A DNA stretch of 56,935 bases, taken from an uncultured Collinsella sp. GTDB lineage: Bacteria > Actinomycetota > Coriobacteriia > Coriobacteriales > Coriobacteriaceae. Positions 1 to 10,032 of the stretch are shown in pieces. The first letter of the stretch is position 1; every line of letters starts with the position of its first letter. The DNA is taken from positions 1 through 56,935 of the forward strand of contig CAAEOW010000144.1 of assembly GCA_900757705.1 (NCBI GenBank), in the 5' to 3' direction. Below the pieces are notes generated by a model. It searched no databases and had not been told where the DNA came from. It worked only from the letters and a program-made list of their open reading frames with translations. A program made the position numbers and the translations under genes.

Positions 1-79
1 CCCCGGGAGTGTTTTCTTCTGAGCGATCCCGCAGCGCGAAGCGCGAGGACCAGCGAAGAAGAAAACACGCAGGGGCGGG
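1..79. repeat. Structured palindromic intergenic element, copy 1 (left arm cut by window edge)
   Basis: TGTTTTCTTCT/AAGAAGAAAACA stem, CGCAG/CGAG internal loops and CGC-GAA-GCG cap; same architecture as 10033-10127. Confidence 0.55.
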
Positions 80-94
80 CCCGGACAGGTTAAC

Positions 95-2776
95 TTACTC
101 CTTCTCCAAAGCGCGCATGATCGCCTTGTAGATCTCCATCAGCGGGATGATCAGGAAGGCCAGGCCCAGCGCGGCAAGAACGCCCTTGAGCTCAAGCGTC
201 ACAGGACCAAAGAACATCTCGGCAAGCGTCGGCTGCACGGTCACGATCACCGTCAGCACCAGTGCCAGCGCGGCGGAAGCCCACAGCCACTTGTTCTGCT
301 TCTTCATGGTGAACAGCGACGCACGACGGCTGCGCATATTGAAGCAGTGGAAAATCTCGACCATGTTGAGCGTGATGAACGCCATCATCACGCCTTCCTC
401 GTCGGCATTGCCGGCGATCATATCGGCGATGTGGATGTAGCCCATGTCAAAGTACACGCCCACAAAGAAGCTCGCCAGCACCAGCACGGTGATGATTAGG
501 CCCTGGACCACACAGTCCAGGCCCATATTGCCGGCAAAGACACCGTCCTTGGCGTTGCGCGGCTTGCGCTTCATGATGTCGCCCTCGGCATCCTCCATGC
601 CCAGCGCGAGCGCGGGGAAGCAGTCGGTGACCAGGTTCACCCACAGCAGCTGCACCGGCTGGAAGATGGTAAAGCCGATGAGCGTGGCGATAAACACCGA
701 GAAGACCTCGGCAAGGTTGGCCGAAAGCAGGAACTGGATGACCTTGCGGATGTTGTCGTAGATGCGACGGCCCTCTTCGCAGGCACCGATGATGGTGGCG
801 AAGTTGTCGTCGGCAAGCACCATGTCGGCGACGTTCTTGGTGACGTCGGTGCCGGTGATGCCCATGCCCACGCCGATGTCGGCGCGCTTGATGGATGGGG
901 CGTCGTTGACGCCGTCGCCCGTCATGGCCACGATCTGGTCGCGCGACTTCCAAGCCTCGACGATGCGGGTCTTGTGCTCGGGCTGGACACGGGCGTACAC
1001 GCCGTAGTCCTCGATGTGCGCGTCGAGCTCCTCGTCGCTCATGCGGTCGAGGTCGGCACCGGTGATGGCATGGCTGCGATCGGCGACGATGCCCAGCTGC
1101 TTGGCGATGGCCACGGCGGTGTCGATGTGGTCGCCCGTGATCATGACGGTGCGGATACCGGCATCGTGGGCCTCACGAATGGCGTCGGCGACCTCGGGGC
1201 GGACCGGGTCGATCATGCCGGACAGGCCGCAGAAGACCAGGTCGTGCTCGAGCGCAGCGGGGCTGCAGTCGCTCGGGACCTCGGTGTAGGTGCGGCTTGC
1301 CAGCGCCAGTACGCGCAGGGCCTCGTCGGCCATGGCCTTGTTGGCGGCCACGAGCTCGGCGCGACGCTCCTCGGTCAGGGGGACGACCTTATCGCCCTCG
1401 TAGATATGGGTGCACAGGCCGATCACCACGTCGGGCGCGCCCTTGGTGTACTGCTCATACTCGCCGTCCAGGGTCTCGACGACCACGGACATCATCTTGC
1501 GGCCCGAGTCGAACGGGGCCTCGCCCACGCGCGGGTGCTCGGCAGTCAGGCCAGTAAGACCAGCCTTGCCGGCATCGTTGACGAGCGCACACTCGGTCGG
1601 CTCACCCACAGCCTCGCCCAGTTCCTCGTCCCACTGGGCGTCGGAGCACAGAGCCATGCCGGCCAGGAACTTCTCCTTAGGCGCAGCGAGCTCGTGCTTG
1701 ACGACGGTCATCTTGTTTTGGGTAAGGGTACCGGTCTTGTCGGAGCAGATGGTCTGCGTGCAGCCGAGAGTCTCGACGGCAGAGAGCTTGCGGATGATTG
1801 CCTGGCGCTTAGCCATCTTGGTCACGCCAAGCGATAGCACGATGGTCACGACGGCGACCAGGCCCTCGGGGATGGCAGCGACGGCGAGCGAGACGGCGAC
1901 CATAAAGGTATCGAGCAGGGAGGTCGGGTCGGTAAGAACGTTGCCCACGCCGTGGCGGATGATATCAACGCCAAAGATGACGACGCAGATGACGATAACC
2001 ATAATGGTAAGGATGCGGCTGAGCTCGGCGAGCTTCACTTGCAACGGCGTGAGCTCTTCCTTGGCCTCGGCCAGGGCGCCGGCGATCTTGCCCATCTCGG
2101 TGTTCATGCCGGTGCCGACCACGACGGCGCGACCACGGCCGTACACGACGGTGGAGCCCATATAGCACATGTTCTTACGGTCGCCGAGCGGCACGTCATC
2201 GGTGCCCGCAGCGAGCTCGATCACGTTGGCGTGCTTCTCTACGGGCACGGACTCGCCGGTGAGCGCGGCCTCTTCGATCTTCATCGTAGCGCTCTCGAGC
2301 ACGCGGCAGTCGGCCGGGACGGAGTCGCCCGCCTCGAGCATGATCACGTCGCCGGGCACGAGCTCGGCGCTCGGCAGGTGCACGAGCTTGCCGTCGCGCA
2401 GCACCTTGGACTGCGCCGCACTCATCTCCTGCAGGGCCTCGAGGGCCTCCTCGCTCTTGGCTTCCTGGACCACGCCCAGCACCGAGTTGACGATGACGAC
2501 GAACATGATGATGGCAACATCGGCAAAGTCGGGCTCGCCCTTGACCATGCCCGTGAGCGCACTGATGACGGCGGCAACGATCAGCATGATGACCATGGGG
2601 TCGGCCATCTGCTCAAAGAAACGCTTCCACAGCGGCGTCTTCTCGGCTTCCTCGAGCTTGTTAGGGCCTGTCTTGGCGAGGCGCGAAGACGCCTCGTCGT
2701 TGCTCAGGCCGAGGTTCTCATCGACACCTTGGTCGCTGAGCACCTCCGCCGCGGCGGACAGGTATTCCTTTTGCAT
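95..2776 (-). CDS. Cation-transporting P-type ATPase (P2A, Ca2+-type)
   Basis: TGES, PEGL, DKTGTLT phosphorylation motif, KGAP, TGDGVND; about 10 TM segments. Confidence 0.95.
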   Translation of the reverse strand: MQKEYLSAAAEVLSDQGVDENLGLSNDEASSRLAKTGPNKLEEAEKTPLWKRFFEQMADPMVIMLIVAAVISALTGMVKGEPDFADVAIIMFVVIVNSVLGVVQEAKSEEALEALQEMSAAQSKVLRDGKLVHLPSAELVPGDVIMLEAGDSVPADCRVLESATMKIEEAALTGESVPVEKHANVIELAAGTDDVPLGDRKNMCYMGSTVVYGRGRAVVVGTGMNTEMGKIAGALAEAKEELTPLQVKLAELSRILTIMVIVICVVIFGVDIIRHGVGNVLTDPTSLLDTFMVAVSLAVAAIPEGLVAVVTIVLSLGVTKMAKRQAIIRKLSAVETLGCTQTICSDKTGTLTQNKMTVVKHELAAPKEKFLAGMALCSDAQWDEELGEAVGEPTECALVNDAGKAGLTGLTAEHPRVGEAPFDSGRKMMSVVVETLDGEYEQYTKGAPDVVIGLCTHIYEGDKVVPLTEERRAELVAANKAMADEALRVLALASRTYTEVPSDCSPAALEHDLVFCGLSGMIDPVRPEVADAIREAHDAGIRTVMITGDHIDTAVAIAKQLGIVADRSHAITGADLDRMSDEELDAHIEDYGVYARVQPEHKTRIVEAWKSRDQIVAMTGDGVNDAPSIKRADIGVGMGITGTDVTKNVADMVLADDNFATIIGACEEGRRIYDNIRKVIQFLLSANLAEVFSVFIATLIGFTIFQPVQLLWVNLVTDCFPALALGMEDAEGDIMKRKPRNAKDGVFAGNMGLDCVVQGLIITVLVLASFFVGVYFDMGYIHIADMIAGNADEEGVMMAFITLNMVEIFHCFNMRSRRASLFTMKKQNKWLWASAALALVLTVIVTVQPTLAEMFFGPVTLELKGVLAALGLAFLIIPLMEIYKAIMRALEKE

Positions 2777-2782
2777 ATAGAG

Positions 2783-2893
2783 TCCCCTCCTGGGATTCGG
2801 GCCACTCAGCAGATTGATGCCCGATCATAATTCCCAGGAGAAGGGCAAGGGCTCATCAAGGCTGCCGTGCTGAGCGGCAGTTGATAGTGGAGC
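2783..2893 (-). promoter_or_regulatory. Structured 5' leader that sequesters the ATPase Shine-Dalgarno
   Basis: Two hairpins; CUCCUGGGA/UCCCAGGAG stem covers GGAGGGG; complementary loops CUCAGCA/UGCUGAG. Confidence 0.5.
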
Positions 2894-3218
2894 TATGGTA
2901 CCCCAAAGCGACGCGTCTAGCCAAAACAATCGGTTTGGAAATATGGTCCGCACGCAACGGTGCAGACCGTGTGATGCTCAACATTGGTAAAACGTTTTTT
3001 CTTCGGCACATCGCCAAACTGACATATCTCCCAGATAGCAGCGGTTGGAGTGGTTGGTAAAGATTTTTCATATACCGTTTTTCCCGCAAAAAATGAACTT
3101 CCATTTCGGCATACGGTCGATTTTTTGGGGTATTCGGTCGGCATTTCGTTATAATCATCTCGGTTTTATTTCTTATGGTTTATCTATCAGCGCAAGACGA
3201 TGTCAGATGGAGGTCTGA

Positions 3219-4679
3219 ATGTACAAGCGCACTAAGATTGTATGCACCATGGGTCCCGCCTGCGATAGCGACGAGACCATCCGCGAGATGATCAAGGCGG
3301 GCATGAACGTCGCCCGTTTTAACTTCTCGCACGGCTCCTACGACGAGCACCACGGTCGCATCGAGCGCGTCCGCCGTATTTCCAAGGAGCTCGGTCTGCC
3401 TGTCGGCATCCTGCTCGACACCAAGGGCCCCGAGGTCCGCACCGGCCTTCTGGTCGACGGCAAGAAGGTTGCCGTCAAGACCGGCGATAAGATCGTCGTC
3501 ACCGCTCAGCCCACGTCCGAGGATTTCCATGGCACCGCTGAGCACATCTCCCTCGACTACCTGGCTCTGCCTTCCGAGGTCGAGAAGGGCTCCCTCATCC
3601 TGATCGATGACGGCCTGGTTGCCCTCGAGGTCGAGTCCGTCAGTGGCCAGGACATGACCTGCGTCGTTAAGAACGACGGCCTGATCGGCGAGCGCAAGGG
3701 CGTCAACATGCCCAACGTCAACATCTCGCTGCCCGCCATCACCGAGCGCGATCGTCAGGACATCCTCTTTGGCCTGACCGAGAACATCGACTACATCGCC
3801 GCTTCCTTCATCCGTGACGGCGAGTCCGTCCGCGGCATCCGCGAGCTTTGCCGCGAGAACGGCGGCGAGCACGTGACGATCTTCCCGAAGATCGAGTGCG
3901 CCTTGGGCGTCGAGAACTTCGACGAGATTCTCGAGGCTTCCGACGGCATCATGGTCGCCCGTGGCGACCTGGGCATCGAGATCAAGCCCGAGCTCGTTCC
4001 GCACATCCAGAAGGAGATCATCGCCAAGTGCAACGCGGCCTACAAGCCCGTTATCACCGCTACGCAGATGCTCGACTCCATGCAGCAGAACCCGCGCCCG
4101 ACGCGCGCCGAGGTTGCCGACGTTGCTAACGCCATTTATGACGGCACCGACGCCGTCATGCTGTCCGGCGAGTCCGCTGCCGGTAAGTACCCGGTCGAGG
4201 CCGTCAAGATGCAGGCCAGCATTGCTCTCGAGACCGAGAAGTACCTCCCGGCCCACGCTCCGCTCGAGGTTCCGGCCGATGCTCACGGCACCCGCGTCGT
4301 CAACAACGTTGTGGGTATGTCCGCTGTGAACATGGCCACCACCGTTGGCGCCAAGTGCATCACCGTGCCGACGACCACCGGTCGTACCGCTCGCCTGATC
4401 TCGCACTTCCGTCCCAACATGCCGATCTGCGCGTTCTCCCGCCACGAGTGGGCCGTCCAGCAGATGATCATGTACTGGGGCGTTATCCCGCACCAGGCCG
4501 AGATTACCCAGGGTACCGTCAACGGCACGATCGTCAAGGCGATTGAGACCGCTAAGGAGCTCGGCTACGTCGAGGCCGGCGACCTGACCGTCGCCACCGC
4601 CGGCGATCCCCGCATGAGCGTCCAGCTCGAGGACAAGGTCTCTTCGACCAACGTCGCTTACGTCGCTCAGGTGCGCTAA
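3219..4679 (+). CDS. pyk: Pyruvate kinase
   Basis: RTKIVCTMGP, ARFNFSHG, LDTKGPE, IMVARGDLG, ATQMLDSM, DAVMLSGES; GGAGG RBS. Confidence 0.98.
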   Translation: MYKRTKIVCTMGPACDSDETIREMIKAGMNVARFNFSHGSYDEHHGRIERVRRISKELGLPVGILLDTKGPEVRTGLLVDGKKVAVKTGDKIVVTAQPTSEDFHGTAEHISLDYLALPSEVEKGSLILIDDGLVALEVESVSGQDMTCVVKNDGLIGERKGVNMPNVNISLPAITERDRQDILFGLTENIDYIAASFIRDGESVRGIRELCRENGGEHVTIFPKIECALGVENFDEILEASDGIMVARGDLGIEIKPELVPHIQKEIIAKCNAAYKPVITATQMLDSMQQNPRPTRAEVADVANAIYDGTDAVMLSGESAAGKYPVEAVKMQASIALETEKYLPAHAPLEVPADAHGTRVVNNVVGMSAVNMATTVGAKCITVPTTTGRTARLISHFRPNMPICAFSRHEWAVQQMIMYWGVIPHQAEITQGTVNGTIVKAIETAKELGYVEAGDLTVATAGDPRMSVQLEDKVSSTNVAYVAQVR

Positions 4680-4707
4680 ATCGCACTTGCAAGCACACTT
4701 GCATTGC

Positions 4708-4744
4708 AAAGGGCCCGGAAGGCTTCGCCTTCCGGGCCCTTTTT
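4708..4744 (+). terminator. Rho-independent terminator of pyk
   Basis: AAAGGGCCCGGAAGG-CTTCG-CCTTCCGGGCCCTTTTT. Confidence 0.9.
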
Positions 4745-4921
4745 CTGTGTCAATGCCGGCACACGGCAAAACACGCACCCATTTCTTTACCAAAAGCGCG
4801 AAATCCACCTTTCGAGGCCCAAAAATAAAGTCCCAAGCGCTAAAAGTGTTCGCCCGATGGCGAAACCACACCTTACCCGACGCTGCTAAATCGTTTTAGC
4901 AAGAGCCGGATCGACCGCGTT

Positions 4922-5049
4922 TTCGGAAGTATGCGGCAAATTCTGAGACCTCCGAGCACACCCCGTTTTTTCGCAACAAAATGCCTGATAAACTAGCCTC
5001 AAAAGCCAGGTCTGCTCACAGGGTTCAGATTTTGCCGCATACTTCCGAA
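4922..5049. repeat. Long imperfect palindrome
   Basis: Perfect 19-bp inverted repeat TTCGGAAGTATGCGGCAAA (4922-4940) / TTTGCCGCATACTTCCGAA (5031-5049) with weaker inner pairing. Confidence 0.75.
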
Positions 5050-5100
5050 TTGACGCTGGCATCGCACGGTCCAAAAGCACATTTCGACCTGGAGGACGTC

Positions 5101-6168
5101 ATGGACCTGACGCTATGCGGTCAATCCGCTTTTTACTATTACCGTATCCCGCCGCAGGTATTAGGCCTTTACCCCGCCATTAGCCTTGGCAATATGGATC
5201 GCAGATGTTGCGGCCTCGGAAGTCATGCAGTTGTAAAAGACCTGCTTCACGCACCGCTTCACAGGCTTGTATTCACTCGGGCACAATCCGGATCGCGAAG
5301 TCTGTTTAAATCGCACCTCATGACCCAGGAACCACCTCCGGGGTCGTTTAGGCAAACTGAACATGGATTTGATGTCACTTCACCGGAGTTCACGCTGCTC
5401 AGCCTTGCCACGCGGGTCCCACGCAACCAGTTACTCATGGCTTGCTACGAGATGTGCGGCTCCTTTGCAGTGTTTAAGCCCTGCAAGCGAACGCAACAAC
5501 AACTTGATGAAGCTATTTCGCTTAAGCTCATTCCACCCAACTGCGGCTGGGAGCGAGTTAGCGACGTCAACGGCAAGGACACCAACCTATGGAAGCGTCC
5601 ACCGCTCCTCAGCACGGCGGATATCGCCGCGTTCGCCAAGCAGGCCGCAGGCCTGCGCGGCGTTAAACAACTGCGCTGGGCCGCCGAGCACATGACGGGG
5701 CAGACCGCCTCGCCCTTCGAAGTACAGACCTCCATGCTTGTCTCGCTCCCCCGCAACGAGGGCGGCATGGGCATCAACATCGCAAACAACGTGCGCATCC
5801 CGCTCAGCGACGCCGCGCGCTCACTGTATGACAAAACCTGCTGCTACGCCGATATCCTCATCGAGAGCAACACCGACAGCATGGGCGTCATCTTGGAATG
5901 CCAAGGCCGCTCCGCCCACGATGGCGAAGCCGCAAGTCTCTCCGATGCCGAGCGCACCACCGCCCTCACCAGCATGGGCTATGACGTTATCCAGATAACC
6001 TATGAGCAAATCAAAGACACGAAGAGCTTTAACAACATCGCCGAACTCATCCATAAAAAGGCGGGGCTCCCCTACATCCCAAAGACCGATCAGGAACGCG
6101 CCACCGAAGATGCCCTGCGACGGGAGCTATTGGTCGATTGGGATGAGCTGTTCGCCGTCAAGCCGTAA
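5101..6168 (+). CDS. Hypothetical protein, AbiEi-antitoxin-like N-terminus plus restriction-endonuclease-like (DUF559/PD-(D/E)XK-like) C-terminus
   Basis: ATG at 5101 after GGAGG; SPEFTLL, ASPFE..SLP..GG, ADILI..VILECQG..H motifs; paralog of 30890-31993. Confidence 0.55.
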   Translation: MDLTLCGQSAFYYYRIPPQVLGLYPAISLGNMDRRCCGLGSHAVVKDLLHAPLHRLVFTRAQSGSRSLFKSHLMTQEPPPGSFRQTEHGFDVTSPEFTLLSLATRVPRNQLLMACYEMCGSFAVFKPCKRTQQQLDEAISLKLIPPNCGWERVSDVNGKDTNLWKRPPLLSTADIAAFAKQAAGLRGVKQLRWAAEHMTGQTASPFEVQTSMLVSLPRNEGGMGINIANNVRIPLSDAARSLYDKTCCYADILIESNTDSMGVILECQGRSAHDGEAASLSDAERTTALTSMGYDVIQITYEQIKDTKSFNNIAELIHKKAGLPYIPKTDQERATEDALRRELLVDWDELFAVKP

Positions 6169-6170
6169 AG

Positions 6171-7019
6171 CTAGCAGCTAGCAATCAGGGGCAGCGCGGG
6201 TGTGCCGGGAGCGGCCACGCGCTCGGCAAATCCCGCCTCGGTTAGCTCAACGACCTCGGTAAACGTTGCGTCGAAGAACTCCTCGGTTAGCAGGCGATAC
6301 GGCGGATGATCGGGCTCGCCGGGGTTTTCGCGTACAATCTCGTGCATGACGCCGATGGTCTTGAGCACATACTCCTTATGGATGGGATACTGCCCAAAAC
6401 GCGTCGCAGCGGTATACAGGCGATCGGTCGCACGCGGGATGGAAACAATGCCCAGTGTCTTGCCAAACCAGTCAAAATCGCCTTGCTTTTTAATGCGGAA
6501 CTCCTCACACGGCTTGCCGCCGTGTGCTTTCAGATACTGGTTCACACGCGTGTTCCATACCGTGTCGGCCACCAGATGCGACCAGACGCCCAGCGTTAAA
6601 TCGAGCAGCGACTGCGCCACATCTTCAGACGCAAGCGAGAAATCACAGGCGTCAGGACCGACAACCGGCTCGGCATCCTTGTAGCGCTGGGGATAGTGCA
6701 CGCGGTTCAGTCGCTCGCGTTCCTCGATAATCGAGGTCGCCGCGGCCGGCGCACCGGTGGGCGAACTTTTAAGCAGCGGCGCCACATAGGTATCCCAGAA
6801 CTCGTGCTCGCGCGGCTTAGGAATAGGCTCGGGCTTGGCAAAATGCGTGATGCGGTACGGGATGGGATCGGCGATGCCAGGGACCATATAGCCCACGAAG
6901 ATATCCGGAACCACGCAGCCAAACAAAAAGGCATTGCGGTCGCGCACGCTATTGGCAAGCGCACCGGTGCGCTCCAGCAAACGCTCCGTCTGAGCGATAT
7001 GAATGTTCCAGCTTGGCAT
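6171..7019 (-). CDS. Zinc-dependent phospholipase C-family protein
   Basis: MPSWNIH, FLFGCVVPD, THF, GVWSHLVAD metal-binding pattern. Confidence 0.65.
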   Translation of the reverse strand: MPSWNIHIAQTERLLERTGALANSVRDRNAFLFGCVVPDIFVGYMVPGIADPIPYRITHFAKPEPIPKPREHEFWDTYVAPLLKSSPTGAPAAATSIIEERERLNRVHYPQRYKDAEPVVGPDACDFSLASEDVAQSLLDLTLGVWSHLVADTVWNTRVNQYLKAHGGKPCEEFRIKKQGDFDWFGKTLGIVSIPRATDRLYTAATRFGQYPIHKEYVLKTIGVMHEIVRENPGEPDHPPYRLLTEEFFDATFTEVVELTEAGFAERVAAPGTPALPLIASC

Positions 7020-7099
7020 AGCCACCCCCATAAAAAACCTGGATAACTATACCATCACGGCAAAGCCGCGCGGGCGGCTACGCACGCTCTACGCAGCAA

Positions 7100-7870
7100 C
7101 TAGTCCGTAGCACCGCTTTCGGTCCCATACGACGGCGAAGGCGCCTCGACCACATGGTGATATCGATCGATATAGATTGCACGGGCACCCAGGCGTCGCA
7201 CCAAATCCTGGTGATGTGTGCTCATCAAGACCGTCTTGCCCGCCGCGACGTAAGCCAGCAAGAAGTTAACCACGATGTCGCATGAATCCTCGTCGAGCCC
7301 ATTGGTAGGCTCGTCGAGAACCAGGATATCCGGGTTCATCGACACCACCGCAGCCAGCGCAACGCGCTTCTTTTGCCCGCCCGAGAGCTGATAGGGCGAG
7401 GCATCGACCAGATCGGCAACCTGGAACAGCTTCATGGCATCGCGGACGCGGCGCTCGAGCTCGTCTGTCGGCAGCCCCATTTGAGCCGGGCCAAACGCGA
7501 CTTCCTCGCCCACCGTAGCGCAAAAGAGCTGCGCATCGGCGTTTTGGAACACAAAGCCCACGCGCTGATGGAACCGCTGGGCCGTCGCGGAATCCTTGAG
7601 ATATGCCGAATCGACCGTATGCCCGTCGAACAGGTACGCACCCGCGTCCGCAAGCTCAAGGCCGTTAATAAGACGCATGATTGTCGTCTTGCCGCAGCCG
7701 TTGGGACCTAGCAGGGCAACGAGCTCCCCACGGTTCACCTGCAGCGAAACGCCGTCGACCACCGTATGGCCCGCATAGGAAAACGCCACGTCGCGAAACT
7801 CGATGAGCGGCGTGGTCTCAACGCCGGCAGCACCGCTCGCACCTATCGCGTTATTCGTATCGTTTGCCAA
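7100..7870 (-). CDS. cbiO: ECF transporter ATPase (CbiO/NikO)
   Basis: GPNGCGKT, VFQNADAQLF, LSGGQKKR, LDEPT. Confidence 0.9.
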   Translation of the reverse strand: MANDTNNAIGASGAAGVETTPLIEFRDVAFSYAGHTVVDGVSLQVNRGELVALLGPNGCGKTTIMRLINGLELADAGAYLFDGHTVDSAYLKDSATAQRFHQRVGFVFQNADAQLFCATVGEEVAFGPAQMGLPTDELERRVRDAMKLFQVADLVDASPYQLSGGQKKRVALAAVVSMNPDILVLDEPTNGLDEDSCDIVVNFLLAYVAAGKTVLMSTHHQDLVRRLGARAIYIDRYHHVVEAPSPSYGTESGATD

Positions 7871-7914
7871 AACGTTGCCCTTCCCTACTCACATCGACGG
7901 TTCGACCGTCCGCA

Positions 7915-8757
7915 CTACAACACCGCGCACAACACGGCGAGCAACGCCACAACGGCCGCATAAACCGCATCGCGCCAGCCAAAGCCGCTCAGTGCAGGCG
8001 CCGGATATACGCCGGCGAAGCCGCGGCACAGCATGGCCTCGTCCATCGCGCGGCTGCATTCCATCGCCTTGATAAACGTCATGCCCATGATACCCGCCAG
8101 CGAATCGGTGCGCGAAAAACCCGCAGGCGCGGAACCGACGCTACGCAGCATGACCGATTCGCACAGATCGTGCGCTGTGCGTCCCAGCACCTCAATATGC
8201 TTGAGCGCCATATCAAACGTAAAGATGACCTCGTCGGGCAGGTGCAGCATTTTGAGCGCCGCCGACATGCGGCTCCAGGTAAGCGTCCACGAAACACCCA
8301 GCACCAGCGACACATTAATGAAAGTCTTGAGCGCGATCTTGAGCATGGCGCCCGCGGCAGACGCGCCCAGCAGCAGGGCAGGCAGTGCCAGAACCACCGC
8401 AAGCCCCGTGGCGCCGAGCGCCGGTACAAAGGTCGCACGCAGCCCGCGAGCGGGGCGCACCGCGACCAACACCAGCGCGATAGCCGCCATCAGCATCAGG
8501 TACAGCGGGCTCTGCGTCAGACACACGCACAGGACGCAGACGAACATCCCCACCAGGCGCACCGGAGCCGAAACGCAAGAAAGGGCGCGGTCGACCATCG
8601 ACCCGCCCTCGTGCGCGCCTCCACCCAGGCGAACCCGCTCAAGAAGGCTCGCCAGGTGCAGGACGTTCTTTTGCATCACACGATGCCGAGCCCCCGCGGG
8701 CTCGTAACGCTGCTCGACCGCAAGCCAGCTAGGCAGCTCGGCTATTGCCATGAGCAC
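7915..8757 (-). CDS. cbiQ: ECF transporter T component (CbiQ/NikQ)
   Basis: Hydrophobic protein with LRS and AMLCRGF motifs, between M and O components. Confidence 0.85.
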   Translation of the reverse strand: MLMAIAELPSWLAVEQRYEPAGARHRVMQKNVLHLASLLERVRLGGGAHEGGSMVDRALSCVSAPVRLVGMFVCVLCVCLTQSPLYLMLMAAIALVLVAVRPARGLRATFVPALGATGLAVVLALPALLLGASAAGAMLKIALKTFINVSLVLGVSWTLTWSRMSAALKMLHLPDEVIFTFDMALKHIEVLGRTAHDLCESVMLRSVGSAPAGFSRTDSLAGIMGMTFIKAMECSRAMDEAMLCRGFAGVYPAPALSGFGWRDAVYAAVVALLAVLCAVL

Positions 8758-9814
8758 CGCTTTCCTTGACCGTCAGCGAGATCAGACGGAATGCGATGGT
8801 GAGCACCGCCACGCCAATCACGCCCGAAAGGATATACATGGCAGCCTGGCCGGCAAAGCCAAGGCCTTGCTCCTCGGAATAGGCCTGCAGATAATCGCCC
8901 GTGGGCAGGGCATCGGCAAAGGTCGGGGTATCGAGACCGACCGAAGCCTGCAGGCTGTCATCGCCAGCCTCTTGAACGGCGGTCGCGGCGCCCTCGGCGT
9001 CCCACTCACCCCAGGCGTCACCCGTAGCCAGCAGGCCCAGCGGTGTTGCTACGACAAGCACGGCAACCAGGATGAGCGTGGGGACCAGCGAGGTCTTCTT
9101 GGCGGCAACGCCCTCGGCAGCAAGTTGGCCATCGACGGCCTCGGGCCCGACAATGATGCTCGGCGCCGTCTTCTTAATGAAACCGTAGATCGCGGCCGTC
9201 GCCACGCCCTCGATCACGCCGGCAACCAGCATATGCGGGATCAACATGGCCGGAATAGCCACGGACAGCGGGAAGGGGCAGTACAGCGGCGCGCCCGAAG
9301 CATTGGTAAAGAGCATCGGCTGAATACCAAACTCGATTGCCGCGCACAGGGCCGCCAGGCACAGGCCGACCCAGCCGCTTACGATGGCAGAAACTGAGGT
9401 GCCCCAGCTCTTGTCGTGCAGACGGCTGTTGAGCGCACGGAACACGATAGCAGCGACAAACGGCAGCACAAAGGCCATGTTAAAGCAGTTGGCGCCAAAC
9501 GACAGAACGCCGCCGTCTCCAAACAGCAGCGCCTGCAGCGCCAGCGCGACCGAGACAGCGATAGCCGCAGCCTCGGGGCCCAGCAGCAACGCGATGAGCG
9601 CGCCGCCAACAGCGTGACCAGTGGTGCCACCGGGCAGCGGCACGTTGAACATCATGAGCAAGAAGGAGAACGCGGCGCAAATACCCAAGAACGCCATATG
9701 CTCGCGATCGAGCGTGGCACGCACCTTTTTGATGCAGTGGACCCATACGGGCACCATCGCCACCGCCATAACGGCATCGGTCTGCGGGGACAGATAATTA
9801 TCGGGAATATGCAT
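8729..9814 (-). CDS. cbiM: ECF substrate component NikM(N)/CbiM with C-terminal PDGLE-like domain
   Basis: N-terminal MHIPD, PGGTTGH, LQALLFGDGG, C-terminal AWGEW segment. Confidence 0.88.
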   Translation of the reverse strand: MHIPDNYLSPQTDAVMAVAMVPVWVHCIKKVRATLDREHMAFLGICAAFSFLLMMFNVPLPGGTTGHAVGGALIALLLGPEAAAIAVSVALALQALLFGDGGVLSFGANCFNMAFVLPFVAAIVFRALNSRLHDKSWGTSVSAIVSGWVGLCLAALCAAIEFGIQPMLFTNASGAPLYCPFPLSVAIPAMLIPHMLVAGVIEGVATAAIYGFIKKTAPSIIVGPEAVDGQLAAEGVAAKKTSLVPTLILVAVLVVATPLGLLATGDAWGEWDAEGAATAVQEAGDDSLQASVGLDTPTFADALPTGDYLQAYSEEQGLGFAGQAAMYILSGVIGVAVLTIAFRLISLTVKESGAHGNSRAA

Positions 9815-9838
9815 GAGCCCTCTCAATCAGAACGTTGC

Positions 9839-9866
9839 GTGTTACGTTTCCAACAATCCGTAACAC
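9839..9866. promoter_or_regulatory. Putative NikR-type operator
   Basis: GTGTTACG-N12-CGTAACAC palindrome (GTGTTA-N16-TAACAC) about 25 bp upstream of the MHIPD start. Confidence 0.65.
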
Positions 9867-10032
9867 CGACTCTGCATACTAACAAAAAGGCGCACCGCCC
9901 ACAACGCAGCACGCCCTTGCAATACGTACGTTATTAACCCAGGTCCACGCACCGCCCAATAAAGGCCCATGCACTCCCAACTTTCCGGTCACCCGGAAGA
10001 AGGTGCAGTCCGCTCGCAACAAGGTTAACGCA

